From positions 2,336,894 to 2,400,893 of the forward strand of contig JAYQLI010000035.1 of the NCBI GenBank assembly GCA_038143065.1: DNA of 64,000 nt. Reading direction: 5' to 3'. Below are positions 1 through 10,717 of the stretch, one piece after another. A program made the translations under genes and the position numbers. The notes under the pieces are model-generated. The model had not been told where the DNA came from. It did no database searches and saw only the letters and a list, made by a program, of their open reading frames with translations. The stretch's first letter is position 1; each line of letters opens with the position of its first letter. This DNA is from Rhodospirillales bacterium (GTDB lineage: Bacteria; Pseudomonadota; Alphaproteobacteria; Bin95).

Positions 1-296
1 AATTTTATGGAAAGTGGCGTGTTGTGTTCTCGGCCGTCCCAAGATAACGGATTAGCCCAAATGTGGGGGGATGTCTGGGAGTGGACCGCCTCTGCGTATA
101 GACCCTATCCAGGCTTTCGTGCCCCCGAAGGGGCCATTGGCGAATATAATGGAAAATTCATGGCAAATCAGTTTGTTCTGCGGGGGGGTCGGCTCTAACG
201 CCAGAATTACAAATGCGTACAACCTATCGAAATTTCTTTTATCCATTCCAACGCTGGCAAATGACGGGCCTTCGCCTGGCAGAGGATATAGTGTGA
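1..296 (+). CDS. egtB: Ergothioneine biosynthesis sulfoxide synthase EgtB, 3' part only (FGE-sulfatase domain; 1-nt indel in the G run at ~182-188)
   Basis: [36 protein letters not shown]. Adding one G continues as [35 protein letters not shown] (TGA 294-296), overlapping the egtD ATG. Confidence 0.85.
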
Positions 297-1225
297 TGGA
301 AACATCTTTTGCAAAGGCTCTCTTAACTGGTCTTACAAAGCGTCAAAAAAGCTTAGAGCCTAAATTTTTTTATGATGCGGAGGGTTCTCGACTTTTTGAG
401 GAGATAACCCAGCTAGAAGCCTATTATCCTACTAGAACGGAGTTGGGTATTCTTGAGGCTAAAGCCAGTGAGATGGCGGCATTTTTAGGAACGGGTACGG
501 TACTTGTTGAGCCTGGGGCTGGGGCTCCAACTAAGGCGCAAAAACTACTGGCGGCGATGAACAAGCCTTTGGCTTATGCTCCAGGTGATATCTCTATAGA
601 CCATTTGGAAGAGGCAACGAGACCGTTACAAACTGAATTTCCGCAACTGACGATAACTCCATTTCAATTAGATTTTGACAATGAAATAGCACTTCCGGAA
701 GTGGTTTCTGCTCTTGGGCCGGTGGCAATATTCTTTCCTGGTTCGACAATTGGAAATTTTTCGCCAGAGGGTGCACGGGGCCTGCTAAGGAGGTTTTGGA
801 ATATTGAAAATTCTCAGAGCCTGCTAATCGGAGTAGATTTAAAGAAAGATAAAGCGAAGCTGGAACGTGCTTATGATGATCCTGAAGGTGTCACCGCCGC
901 GTTTAACTTAAATCTTCTAGCTCGTGCTAATCGAGAGCTTTTAACAGATTTTGACCTTTCGAGCTTCCGTCATTTTGCCCGTTACGATGAAACTTTGGGA
1001 CGAGTAGAAATGCATCTTCAAAGCATTTGCAACCAGACAGTCAACGTTCTCGGCGAACCAATACATTTCGCGGAAGGGGAAAGTATTCATACTGAAAATT
1101 CATATAAGTTTAAAATCGCAGATTTTCAGAAAATGGCAGTGGAGTCAGGTTGGTCGCCTGTTCATGTTTGGACTGACCCAAATCATCTTTTTGCTGAATT
1201 GGCGTTTTCGAAAATTAACCCCTGA
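296..1225 (+). CDS. egtD: L-histidine N-alpha-methyltransferase EgtD
   Basis: PKFFYDAEGSRLFEEITQLEAYYPTRTE, FPGSTIGNF, AYDDPEGVTAAFNLN and IHTENSYKF motifs; ATG at 296 is coupled to the egtB stop. Confidence 0.93.
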   Translation: METSFAKALLTGLTKRQKSLEPKFFYDAEGSRLFEEITQLEAYYPTRTELGILEAKASEMAAFLGTGTVLVEPGAGAPTKAQKLLAAMNKPLAYAPGDISIDHLEEATRPLQTEFPQLTITPFQLDFDNEIALPEVVSALGPVAIFFPGSTIGNFSPEGARGLLRRFWNIENSQSLLIGVDLKKDKAKLERAYDDPEGVTAAFNLNLLARANRELLTDFDLSSFRHFARYDETLGRVEMHLQSICNQTVNVLGEPIHFAEGESIHTENSYKFKIADFQKMAVESGWSPVHVWTDPNHLFAELAFSKINP

Positions 1226-3623
1226 GTTGGCCACCAGTTGCCTTCTCGACTGCTTTGACAACCTTGGAAGAGAGTGACTCGATATCAGCATCAGTTAGAG
1301 TAGCGTTCGTGGGTTGGAACGTAACTGAGATAGCTACCGATTTCTGACCATTTTCAATCCCTTTTCCTTGGTAAGAATCAAAAGCCTCAGCTTCAGTAAT
1401 CATTTCCCGATCAGCTAGACGTGCTGCGGTCACTGCTTTTGCTGCAGGAACATCAGCATCCATAATGAAGGCAAAATCACGGTCGACTGGTAGGAGAGAA
1501 TCTAATTTCAAAAACGTCTTTGTCTTGCCCAGTTGTTTACGGCGCGGCTCTGGTGGCGCATTTATGAAGACTTCAAAAGCCACCACCGCGGTTTCAATAT
1601 CATAGTGATTAGTGATTTTTGGGTGTATTTCACCGAAACGAGCTAATAAATTTTTTCCTAGACATATTTCTCCTGACCGCCTGGGGTGTTGCCAAGACTG
1701 AGCAGCCTGATTAACCGGTGCTTCTGCGGGAGCACCTATCGCTGCCAACGCCGCTAGTGCATCTGCTTTCACGTCGAAGACATCCACAGACCGTGATTGA
1801 TCGGACCAATGGCGAGGTATCGCGTCACCCCAGCGTACACCCGCGGCAACCCAATCCTGTCCATCCTCACTCGGATCTAGATAAATGGGGCCAACTTCAA
1901 AAAGAGCTCCAGAACGCTTGGATCGCGCAAAATTTCTAGAAGCGGCAGCTAATAGGTTAGGAATTATAGAGGGCCGCATGCAGTCTAAGTCGGCACTAAT
2001 TGGATTATCTAAAACGAGGCACTCGTTGCCTCCACCAAAGAGAACTGCATCTTCTTGCTTCATGAATGAGAAGGTAAGGGCCTCAGTCATGCCTCGACCG
2101 GCCAGAGCTCGACGCGCTCGAACCCGCCGAGCCTGTAATAAATTTAGCGCTGCGGTTGGTTGATTTCCAATTTGAGACAACGGAACAGCTTTTATGGTGT
2201 CAAATCCATGGATACGAGTGACCTCTTCAACCAAGTCGGCCTCGCCATCGATGTCAGGGCGCCATGAGGGTGGTACAGTTTCTATTTTGTTGTTTGCTTC
2301 GCTTGGTTCAAAGCCGAGGACATTCAGAATTCGAATTTGCTCAGTTTTGTCTATTTCGATACCAGCTAATTCCAAAGTACGATTTGGGCGAAGGCTAATA
2401 TTGCGTTTCCATTTAGGCGTCTCGCCAGCGAAAACTACTTCGCTTGGTTCGCCGCCGCATAGTTCCAAGATCATAGCAGTAGCGGCTTCAATACCAGGTA
2501 AAAGACTTTCTGGGTCTACCCCTCTCTCAAAGCGATAGCGAGCGTCAGAATGAATGTTTAACTTGCGCCCGGTGGAGGCTGTCCGAAGGGGGTCAAACCA
2601 AGCGCTTTCAACAAAAACCTCTGTGGTCTCATCGGTGCAGCCAGTTTCTTCGCCGCCTATGATCCCGCCGAGTGCGTGGGGAAGCGTCTGATCCCCTATT
2701 ACTGTCATTTCACTATCAAGTTCATATGTTTTGTTATCGAGAGCAGCCAGTGTTTCACCCGGGCGAGCGAGCCGCGCAGTGATGTCTCCGCTGAGTTTAC
2801 TAACATCAAAGACATGAAGAGGGCGGGCTGCGTCCATTGTAAAAAAGTTAGTGATATCTACCAAAGCAGAGATTGGTCTAAGTCCTATTGCCCGGAGCCT
2901 GTCCTGCAACCAACGTGGGCTCGGGCCGTTTTTAACTCCGCGAATATGCCGCCCAGCAAAGGCTGCGCATGCCGTCCTAGCGTTTTCTGGAAAATCCAGA
3001 TGGACATTTATAGGACTTTTAAACGTACCCGTAACTTTCTGGTCCCAACCAGGTACTCTTTTAAGAGCACCAAGCCCTGCTGCTGCGAGGTCCCGGGCTA
3101 TGCCGCGGACACCAGCGCAGTCACCACGATTAGGAGTTAGTCCAATTTCGATAATTGGATCATCAAGGCCTGCTACTTTTGAGTAAGGCGCACCAATTTG
3201 TGTATCTGCCGGCAGTTCAATAATACCGTCATGATCGTCGGAGAGCTGAAGCTCTCGCTCAGAACACAGCATTCCATGCGATCCGACACCACGAATTTCC
3301 GCATCTTTTAGCGTAAAGTCTGTCCCTGGAATGTAGGTGCCAGATGGCGCAAAAACGCCAACCATGCCTTCTCTTGCATTTGGCGCACCACATACAACTT
3401 GAATCTCTGAGGAACCTGTGTCGACAACGCACACTTTTAGCCGATCGGCATTTGGATGTTGGGTTGCTGAAATTACACGAGCCGTTTGAAAAGCTGATAA
3501 GGCGGGGCCCTTGTCGACTACAGAGTCTACCTCGAGACCAATCATTGTAAGTTTGTCGCAAATCTCTTGGAGACTAGCTTCCGTATCCAGGTGTTCTTTA
3601 AGCCAAGATAGTGTGAACTTCAT
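1215..3623 (-). CDS. pheT: Phenylalanine-tRNA ligase beta subunit
   Basis: [21 protein letters not shown] and RFERGVDP motifs, C-terminal FDX-ACB domain; 802 aa. Confidence 0.98.
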   Translation of the reverse strand: MKFTLSWLKEHLDTEASLQEICDKLTMIGLEVDSVVDKGPALSAFQTARVISATQHPNADRLKVCVVDTGSSEIQVVCGAPNAREGMVGVFAPSGTYIPGTDFTLKDAEIRGVGSHGMLCSERELQLSDDHDGIIELPADTQIGAPYSKVAGLDDPIIEIGLTPNRGDCAGVRGIARDLAAAGLGALKRVPGWDQKVTGTFKSPINVHLDFPENARTACAAFAGRHIRGVKNGPSPRWLQDRLRAIGLRPISALVDITNFFTMDAARPLHVFDVSKLSGDITARLARPGETLAALDNKTYELDSEMTVIGDQTLPHALGGIIGGEETGCTDETTEVFVESAWFDPLRTASTGRKLNIHSDARYRFERGVDPESLLPGIEAATAMILELCGGEPSEVVFAGETPKWKRNISLRPNRTLELAGIEIDKTEQIRILNVLGFEPSEANNKIETVPPSWRPDIDGEADLVEEVTRIHGFDTIKAVPLSQIGNQPTAALNLLQARRVRARRALAGRGMTEALTFSFMKQEDAVLFGGGNECLVLDNPISADLDCMRPSIIPNLLAAASRNFARSKRSGALFEVGPIYLDPSEDGQDWVAAGVRWGDAIPRHWSDQSRSVDVFDVKADALAALAAIGAPAEAPVNQAAQSWQHPRRSGEICLGKNLLARFGEIHPKITNHYDIETAVVAFEVFINAPPEPRRKQLGKTKTFLKLDSLLPVDRDFAFIMDADVPAAKAVTAARLADREMITEAEAFDSYQGKGIENGQKSVAISVTFQPTNATLTDADIESLSSKVVKAVEKATGGQLRG

Positions 3624-4698
3624 CGGTGCAGTCCCCTAGCGTGCCAGGTACATCTAGAGGAACGAAGCCATAGTGCTTAAGCCATCGCAGATCAGAATCG
3701 TAAAAAGTCCTAAGGTCGGGAATTCCATATTTCAACATGGCAATTCGCTCTATGCCCATGCCAAAAGCAAATCCCTGGTACTTATTTGAATCAATACCGC
3801 AATTCTCCAAAACGCGCGGATGAACCATCCCAGATCCAAGAATTTCTAGCCAATCGTCGCCGTGACCAATCCTGAGTTCGCCATTGGTACGTGTGCAGCC
3901 AATATCAACTTCTGCAGAAGGCTCTGTGAATGGGAAATGACTATTGCGGAAGCGAACGGGTAGATCAGAAATTTCAAAGAATGTCCGACAAAATTCTATT
4001 AAACAGCCCTTTAGGTGCCCCATATGGGATACCTCATCAATCACCAATCCTTCAACTTGATGAAACATGGGTGAGTGAGTTGCATCGTGGTCTGATCTAA
4101 ATGTTCGGCCTGGAACTATCACGCGAATTGGTGGTTTTTCACTCATCATAGTTCGGATCTGCACCGGACTGGTATGCGTTCGCAAGACAGGTCTAGTCCC
4201 ATCCACCCCAGCACGGAGATAAAAAGTATCCATTTCCTGACGAGCAGGATGTTCTTCCGGGATATTCAGAGCTGTGAAGTTTTTCCAATCATCTTCTAAG
4301 TCTGGTCCTTCGGCAACCTGAAAGCCCATTTGTCCAAAGATCTGCACTATTTCATCAATGGTTTGGCTAATGGGATGAATCCTGCCCTCAACCTCTGACC
4401 TTATTGGAAGAGTCACATCAACCTGTTCTGCAGCAAGCTTGGCGTCTAGGGCGGATGCCTCAAGGTCTGCTTTACGCAGCTCAATGGCTGCTTCCACGGC
4501 TTGCTTTAATGCATTTACCGCCTGGCCATAATCTTTTCTTTGCTCAGGGGGCAATCCCCCTAAAGCCTGCATAAGCGCTCCGACACGCCCTTTTTTGCCG
4601 ATTGCAGCTAAGCGCGCTGACTCTAGCGCCTTGAGGTCACCTGCAGACTGCACTGCAGCCAAAAGGTCCGCCTGTACAGCGCCAAGATCTTCAGTCAT
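3620..4698 (-). CDS. pheS: Phenylalanine-tRNA ligase alpha subunit (as sequenced the ORF runs to 3598; one G probably missing at ~3635)
   Basis: [31 protein letters not shown] and [13 protein letters not shown] motifs. Restoring a G gives ...LGGLHR* with an ATGA overlap to pheT. Confidence 0.97.
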
Positions 4699-4723
4699 TT
4701 TACCCGTCTCCCAGCTCGCCCTA

Positions 4724-5080
4724 TCAGGCCAGCGCGGCGCGGGCCTTTTCAATAATGGCCTCAAAACCAGCAGCGTCGTTCATGGCGAGATCGGCAAGCA
4801 TTTTACGATCTATATCAATGCCTGCTTTATGAATGCCATTCATGAATTGGCTGTAGCTCAGGCCATGGGCGCGAACACCAGCATTGATTCGCTGAATCCA
4901 AAGTGCACGAAAGTTACGCTTCTTTGTGCGCCGGTCGCGATAGGCGTATTGAAGGCCTTTCTCAACCCGCTCCAGTGACAAGCGGTAATTATTATTCGAA
5001 CGGCCTCGATAGCCCTTCGCAGCTTTGGTAATCTTTTTGTGGCGGGCGCGGCTTGTAACACCACCTTTAACGCGGGACAT
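4724..5080 (-). CDS. rplT: 50S ribosomal protein L20
   Basis: [16 protein letters not shown]...[10 protein letters not shown]. Confidence 0.99.
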   Translation of the reverse strand: MSRVKGGVTSRARHKKITKAAKGYRGRSNNNYRLSLERVEKGLQYAYRDRRTKKRNFRALWIQRINAGVRAHGLSYSQFMNGIHKAGIDIDRKMLADLAMNDAAGFEAIIEKARAALA

Positions 5081-5118
5081 GTCTGTTCTCCTAACGACTC
5101 AGATTGAAGCAGGCCTGT

Positions 5119-5316
5119 TCAGGCATAAGGCATGAACTGGCGCACAATTTTTGCATCGGCTTCGGATAGAACCCGAGTCCCACGCGCATGGCGCTTCATT
5201 TTAGTGGATTTGGAGGACAGGCAGTGGCGTTTATAAGCCACATTAAATTTAAATTTACCTGAAGCCGTCTTTTTGAAACGGCCTTTCGTACTAGACTTGG
5301 TCTTCATTTTGGGCAT
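5119..5316 (-). CDS. rpmI: 50S ribosomal protein L35
   Basis: [15 protein letters not shown]; 65 aa; directly upstream of rplT. Confidence 0.98.
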   Translation of the reverse strand: MPKMKTKSSTKGRFKKTASGKFKFNVAYKRHCLSSKSTKMKRHARGTRVLSEADAKIVRQFMPYA

Positions 5317-5340
5317 TTTGACACCTCGCTAAGTTGCGTG

Positions 5341-5393
5341 CGGCAGGTTGCCGTTTTGAACTGCCATGGCATGCCCTTCTCGCCAGACAGTTC
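5341..5393 (-). promoter_or_regulatory. Structured 5' leader of rpmI-rplT (candidate ribosomal-protein autoregulatory element)
   Basis: Minus strand GAACTGTC-TGGCG-AGAAGGGCA-TGCCA-T-GGCAGTTC hairpin, then a CGGCA-ACC-TGCCG hairpin just before the RBS (GAGGTG). Confidence 0.45.
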
Positions 5394-5408
5394 TCTCAAG
5401 AAGGCGGG

Positions 5409-5437
5409 TTTATACTCAGCATGGACGACAAGAGCAA
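5409..5437 (-). promoter_or_regulatory. Sigma70-type promoter for rpmI-rplT-pheST
   Basis: TTGCTC-17 nt-TATAAA on the minus strand, followed by a GC-rich discriminator (CCCGCC). Confidence 0.65.
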
Positions 5438-5458
5438 GGATTGATTTTTGGGTCCTAT

Positions 5459-5971
5459 TTAGATTTTGGCTAGAGCAATTGCATCAATCAATGATGCCGA
5501 TAAGAAGGGACCATTCGTTGTAGCTGTTCCAATTAAAAATTTTGCTTCTGTTAGTCGCTCTATAATAACCGCCAAACCTAATATTTCGGTAGCAGCCACG
5601 CTTCCAACATGAAGTCTGTTAAAATCAAAAGGCGTCAAGTTGTTTAGGATTGCCATTGCTCTGGCACCGTCAAGATCAAGCCAACAGTGTGTTTGGGTTA
5701 CATCGACTAAAATGTAGCCAGGCTCAGGGATTGGATTCTTTGCAATCAAAAACCACTTATCTGGTCCAAGGCATATTAAACGTTTTTCATCCTGGGATGC
5801 GGTTCCTCCAACTCCCAGGTCGGTAGGCATGCCTAATTCCTCGCCGATCACTTCCGCTGTCGCCTGGATGCTGTATAGAGCCCCGACCTCAGCAATTGAC
5901 AGCGTTATATTCTTTCCTTTGATGGGAAATTGAGACTCGATGTCCTCAAAAGGCGACCACGATTTCACCAT
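5459..5971 (-). CDS. soxG: Sarcosine oxidase subunit gamma family
   Basis: LICLGPDKWFL..VDVTQTHCWLDLDG GcvT-like fragment immediately downstream of soxA. Confidence 0.75.
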   Translation of the reverse strand: MVKSWSPFEDIESQFPIKGKNITLSIAEVGALYSIQATAEVIGEELGMPTDLGVGGTASQDEKRLICLGPDKWFLIAKNPIPEPGYILVDVTQTHCWLDLDGARAMAILNNLTPFDFNRLHVGSVAATEILGLAVIIERLTEAKFLIGTATTNGPFLSASLIDAIALAKI

Positions 5972-5974
5972 ACA

Positions 5975-8851
5975 TCAGTTCTTTTTGGTTTCAATGAATA
6001 CGGGCGGTCTAACTTCCACCTCATGGATCTTTCCAAGGCTCCAGGCAAACAGCTTCTCTTCTTGTCGTTTAAAACCATCTTTGACGAGTGCTAAAGCAAA
6101 GCCAGACGATAGTGTTTCGCTCCAATAACTCGATGTCACATGGCCAATCATTGGTTCTGGAGATCTGGGCCTAGGGTATTCAATTATCTGTGCGCCTTCG
6201 TCTAAAACTACTGAAGGGTCCTTTGGCACCAGCCCAACGAGTTGCTTTCTGTCGGATTCTAACATTGATGGCCGCTTCAAAGCTCGTTTGCCAATAAAAT
6301 CACCTTTTGTTTTGGATAAAATCCAATCCATTCCGAGATCAACTGGTGTCACTGTACCATCCGTTTCATGGCCGATTACGATAAAGCCCATCTCCGCCCG
6401 AAGAACATGCATTGCCTCCGTGCCATAAGGTGCAGCCCCTGCTTCCTTAATCGCATCCCATAGTTTGCTGCCATCTTGCCATTGCACATAAATTTCAAAA
6501 CCCAGCTCGCCGGAGAAGCTCACTCGAAAAATCCGTGCTGGTTGATCAAAAAGAACAGTTTCCTGCCAGGCAAGATTTGGCAGGGAAGATGAGGAAAGAT
6601 CCACTTTGGGAAGTAAATTTTTAATTACGCTGCGCGCGTTGGGCCCTGCAACAGCAATACCAGCCCATTGTTCTGTTAAGGAAGTCAATCGGACTCTTAG
6701 GTCTGGCCATTCTGTCTGACGCCAATCCTCCATCCAAGCTAACACTGCTGCTGCGCCACCAGACGTTGTTGTTACAAGAAACCGATCTTCGTCAATTCTG
6801 GCCACAACACCGTCGTCAAAAACCATGCCATCATCTTTTAGCATCATGCCGTAACGGCACTTGCCGGGTTTGATCGTATCGATACGATTAGTATATAGGC
6901 GGTTTAAAAATTCAGCAGCGTCTGGACCTGCCACGTCAATCTTTCCTAACGTAGATACGTCTAGCATTCCTACATCAGTTCTTACGCTCCTGCATTCCCG
7001 TGCAACAGCTTCGGACATGGTCTCGCCAGATTTTGGATAGTAACGTGGACGTTTCCAGTCACCTACATCTTCGAAGACTGCTCCTAAAGCTAGATGTCTT
7101 GCGTGGATCGACGTGTGTCTTTCCGGTTGAAAAAGTCGACCCACCCTTCGGCCGGCGAATGCTCCAAATGGTACGGGCGTAAGGGGTGGCCGCACGCCAG
7201 AAAGGCCAATCTTCTGGATGTTTTGCTGTGTAGCTGTTGCAAGAGCTGCAGCGGTGGCGAGTTGCGCGGTTCGGCCCTGATCTGTTCCCATTCCGGAAGT
7301 GGTGTAGCGCTTTGTATGTTCGATTGATTTAAAACCTTCTCGAGCAGCTAGTTCGATATCAGCTACGGTAACGTCATGCTGAAAATCTACGAATGCTTTT
7401 TGTTTATCGGTCTGTAAAATAGGAGCGATTGGCAAACCTTGCCCAATGGGGCCATTGTTCCCTGTAACTTCACCAAATGAAAAATTGTTGTCCTCTAGCG
7501 TAGCTGCATCTTTAAGGGCGTCCCTTGCAGTGAAACGAGCGTTTGCCGCTCCTATTAACTTGACGGCACCTTTTTCGCTGGTGGTAGCAATGAATGCGCC
7601 AACTTCGGGTGACCAAGTCTGTTGTCCACCAGCCATCAGATAAAGATGTAGCATGGGGGACCAGCCTCCAGAGGTCACAACAAGATCAGCCGAAATTCGC
7701 CGACTTTTTTTTCGCTCGGGCAAGCTATTCGCACCCAGTTTAGAGATCTCCACCATTTTTAGGCGACTAGAACCAAAGGTTCCTGTAATGGTTTCATCAA
7801 CCTGGACTTCTGCTACAACCTCCGCGCCAGCTATTTTTAAAGCAGTGCGAACATTATTCAGCTCTTCGTGATTCCCATAGAGAACGGCTTTTTTACCAGG
7901 AAGAATTGCGAAACGGTTAATGGCGGTTTCGACGGCTCCTGACAGCATAACTCCAGGAAGGTCGTTTCCAGGAAAGACCATGGGACGCTCTAAAGCACCT
8001 GTTGCAATGACAATTTTCTTGGCACGAACATGCCAAATTCTTCCACCATCAACCTTCGTTGCAGATTTTTCAAAGACTGTAAGGAAGCCATGGTCATACA
8101 GACCAAAGCCCGTCGCACGAAGCCGAGCTATTCCCTTTTCTTCAAGTTTGCCCCACGTACTCGCAGCCCAATTTTCCGCCGTTTCACCATCGATAGTGCA
8201 GCCAGGTAGAGAATGTACCCGTCCTCCTGGCAGTGAATCCCTTTCAAAGATGGCCACCTTTTTCCCTGAATTAAGAGCGCACAGAGCTGCAGCAAGTCCA
8301 GCTAAGCCAGCGCCAATTACCGCTACATCTACGTGAACATCAGTGTGTTGGTATGTGGCAGTATCCGAACCTACTGGTGCTGGGCTTTGCCCAGCCATAC
8401 GCCTTATTAAGGGCTCCCATATGCGGTTCCAGGTATCAAATTTAGGCCTCCTAATGTGGCCCATAAAGGTTTTGTAATAAAATCCTGCAGCTACGGCTCT
8501 AGGTACCCAATCGAGGGCGCGAAAAATGTCAAATTTTGAGCTGGGCCATCCTCGTGTTGATTTGGCATCTAAGCCATTCACCAGCTCTACTTCACTGGCA
8601 ATACGATTGGGCAGCGTATTTGATTCCGTGCTCAGGGTAACGATTGCGTTGGGCTCTTCTAATCCCAAAGATAAAAGGCCGCGTGGGCGGTGGCGCTTGA
8701 ATGACCGGCCAACAATGTGGATGTCATTTGCGAGCATGGCGGAAGCGAGTGTATCGCCAGCAAAACCGATGTAGGTTTTGCCGTTGTATTGGAAATCAAT
8801 AGATTGGTCTCTATCAATAAGACCGCCTTTGGTAAGTCGCGAAGAGGCCAT
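5975..8851 (-). CDS. soxA: Sarcosine oxidase subunit alpha family
   Basis: GDTLASAMLAN..GRSFKRHRPRG, EHTKRYTTSGMGTDQG, DVSTLGKIDV and C-terminal GcvT domain. Confidence 0.95.
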   Translation of the reverse strand: MASSRLTKGGLIDRDQSIDFQYNGKTYIGFAGDTLASAMLANDIHIVGRSFKRHRPRGLLSLGLEEPNAIVTLSTESNTLPNRIASEVELVNGLDAKSTRGWPSSKFDIFRALDWVPRAVAAGFYYKTFMGHIRRPKFDTWNRIWEPLIRRMAGQSPAPVGSDTATYQHTDVHVDVAVIGAGLAGLAAALCALNSGKKVAIFERDSLPGGRVHSLPGCTIDGETAENWAASTWGKLEEKGIARLRATGFGLYDHGFLTVFEKSATKVDGGRIWHVRAKKIVIATGALERPMVFPGNDLPGVMLSGAVETAINRFAILPGKKAVLYGNHEELNNVRTALKIAGAEVVAEVQVDETITGTFGSSRLKMVEISKLGANSLPERKKSRRISADLVVTSGGWSPMLHLYLMAGGQQTWSPEVGAFIATTSEKGAVKLIGAANARFTARDALKDAATLEDNNFSFGEVTGNNGPIGQGLPIAPILQTDKQKAFVDFQHDVTVADIELAAREGFKSIEHTKRYTTSGMGTDQGRTAQLATAAALATATQQNIQKIGLSGVRPPLTPVPFGAFAGRRVGRLFQPERHTSIHARHLALGAVFEDVGDWKRPRYYPKSGETMSEAVARECRSVRTDVGMLDVSTLGKIDVAGPDAAEFLNRLYTNRIDTIKPGKCRYGMMLKDDGMVFDDGVVARIDEDRFLVTTTSGGAAAVLAWMEDWRQTEWPDLRVRLTSLTEQWAGIAVAGPNARSVIKNLLPKVDLSSSSLPNLAWQETVLFDQPARIFRVSFSGELGFEIYVQWQDGSKLWDAIKEAGAAPYGTEAMHVLRAEMGFIVIGHETDGTVTPVDLGMDWILSKTKGDFIGKRALKRPSMLESDRKQLVGLVPKDPSVVLDEGAQIIEYPRPRSPEPMIGHVTSSYWSETLSSGFALALVKDGFKRQEEKLFAWSLGKIHEVEVRPPVFIETKKN

Positions 8852-8853
8852 GA

Positions 8854-9138
8854 TTATATTTTTTGATTAGGGAAGGGGGGCTTTGGAGCGCCCATTACAT
8901 AGGACTGAGCAACTTCATTAGTCGCTGTATTGCGACAAAGGTTGAACCAGCGACCACAACCGGAATCATGACGCCAACGCTCTCTAGTCCAACCTTTTAC
9001 GTTGTCTCTTAAAAATAAACGATTGGCCCAAGTATAATCATCTGCTGCAACATCAGGGCGCTGGATATGGGCTTCCCCTCCATAGACGAATTCGGTCTCT
9101 GGTCTTGGGCCACAATGAGGACAGGGAATAATTAACAT
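8854..9138 (-). CDS. soxD: Sarcosine oxidase subunit delta
   Basis: MLIIPCPHCGPRPETEF...ERWRHDSGCGRWF Zn-binding motif. Confidence 0.95.
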   Translation of the reverse strand: MLIIPCPHCGPRPETEFVYGGEAHIQRPDVAADDYTWANRLFLRDNVKGWTRERWRHDSGCGRWFNLCRNTATNEVAQSYVMGAPKPPFPNQKI

Positions 9139-9149
9139 TTGCGGATGTC

Positions 9150-10181
9150 TCAGACGTTATAATATTTTCGATACCAGGCTACGAACTTAGCTATGCCGTC
9201 ATTTAAGCTAGTTGACGGTCTATAATCGGTCCATTCTGCTATGGCATTTGTATCTGATTCAGTATCGATCGCTTCTCCTGGATGCATTTCGACGTATTCA
9301 CGAATTGCTTTCTTTCCAATTACGGCCTCAAAAGCCTGCACGTAGCTCTCAAGATTAACCGGATTGCTAGATCCTAAATTAAATAATCGGAAAGGTGCAT
9401 GCCCACTAGACCCAGGTGTCGGCTCTTTGGCCCAGTAAGGATCAATAGACGCAGGACGATCGTATGCTGCTAACAATCCCGATACAATATCATCTATATA
9501 AGTGAAATCCCGGGTCATTTTACCGTGGTTGTGTAGTTTGATCGGCTCACCAGCTATTATTTGACGGGCAAACCGGAAAAAACTCATGTCTGGACGTCCC
9601 CACGGTCCATATACTGTGAAAAAGCGGAGACCGGTTGTCGGTAGTCTATTTATATGGGCAAGAGCGTGGGCCATAACTTCATTTGCTTTTTTTGTCGCCG
9701 CGTACAGACTTAGCGGGTGATCGGCACTGCCGGTCTCACTAAATGGCCGAACTGGGTTGCCGCCGTACACTGAACTACTTGAAGCAAAGATAAAATGTTC
9801 CGCCTGCCGCTCAACGGCCAATTCGGCAACATTATAAAATCCTAATAAATTGCTAGGAATGAATTCTTCAGGATGCTCAAAGCTGTGACGCACCCCCGCC
9901 TGTGCTGCGAGGTGAATCACGCCATTAATGTCTATCTTGTTCAACGTTGATTTAAACGCATCCCTTTTAGAAATGTCTTCCTGAAGAAAAATGAAGTTGG
10001 AGAACTTTTCTAAGATCTCAAGGCGAGCTCGTTTAAGGGAAGGGTCATAATAGGAATTAATATTATCGATGCCCACTACAGAGGCACCTCTTTCAAGGAA
10101 TGCTAGAGACGTGTGGAATCCTATGAAACCAGCTGCGCCCGTGATCAAAACACTATTCGTTGAATGTGGTGTTCTGCTCAG
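9150..10181 (-). CDS. NAD-dependent epimerase (UDP-glucuronate 4-epimerase-like); start uncertain (CTG 10181 or TTG 10148)
   Basis: VLITGAAGFIG, HLAAQAGVR, ASSSSVYG, YAATKKANE, RFFTVYGPWGRPDM. Confidence 0.92.
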   Translation of the reverse strand: MSRTPHSTNSVLITGAAGFIGFHTSLAFLERGASVVGIDNINSYYDPSLKRARLEILEKFSNFIFLQEDISKRDAFKSTLNKIDINGVIHLAAQAGVRHSFEHPEEFIPSNLLGFYNVAELAVERQAEHFIFASSSSVYGGNPVRPFSETGSADHPLSLYAATKKANEVMAHALAHINRLPTTGLRFFTVYGPWGRPDMSFFRFARQIIAGEPIKLHNHGKMTRDFTYIDDIVSGLLAAYDRPASIDPYWAKEPTPGSSGHAPFRLFNLGSSNPVNLESYVQAFEAVIGKKAIREYVEMHPGEAIDTESDTNAIAEWTDYRPSTSLNDGIAKFVAWYRKYYNV

Positions 10182-10222
10182 CTGGTTACCCCTTGAACGG
10201 CATAAAACCGAATGAACTTGTA

Positions 10223-10696
10223 CTATGATAACCTAGAAGGAAGCTCATCTATCGCAGAGTCTAATGAAGGGTCTGCCTTAGCGTTAGCCATTTCGGAGGA
10301 GATAACTTCGCGTGCTGCCAATATAGCTACCGAAGCGGCTTCCGCACGAACTGCACGTAATGCCTCCGCCTCCGCCTGTGCAATCTTCGATTGCGCCTGA
10401 GCACGACGACGTTCTGCGTTAGCTTCAAAGGCAGCTATCGCCGTTTCTTGGCTGCGCTTAGCCTCTTCCTGGGCCTGCACGATTATAGCTTTTGCTTCAT
10501 CGCTCGCAGATTCTGCCAATTTTTTATTTTCAGCGAATAAACGCTCGGCTTCTTCCCGAAGAGAGCTAGCTTCCTCTATCTCTGCGCGTATTTGGGCGAT
10601 CTTATGATCTAGGCCATTGGCAATGGCTTTCCTGCCCTTCCAGAACACCAGACCTAAAAAGATTAATAGCGCCAGGCCGACGATGTAAGTTTCCAT
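10223..10696 (-). CDS. atpF: ATP synthase F0 subunit b
   Basis: N-terminal TM helix plus Ala/Glu coiled coil; last gene of the F0 operon. Confidence 0.9.
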   Translation of the reverse strand: METYIVGLALLIFLGLVFWKGRKAIANGLDHKIAQIRAEIEEASSLREEAERLFAENKKLAESASDEAKAIIVQAQEEAKRSQETAIAAFEANAERRRAQAQSKIAQAEAEALRAVRAEAASVAILAAREVISSEMANAKADPSLDSAIDELPSRLS

Positions 10697-10717
10697 GTCG
10701 TCTTTCTCCCGACTTAC

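Noticed and set aside
71-295. 75-aa N-terminal extension of EgtD in the ORF track
   Set aside because: It overlaps the egtB 3' end in another frame; the real start is ATG 296.
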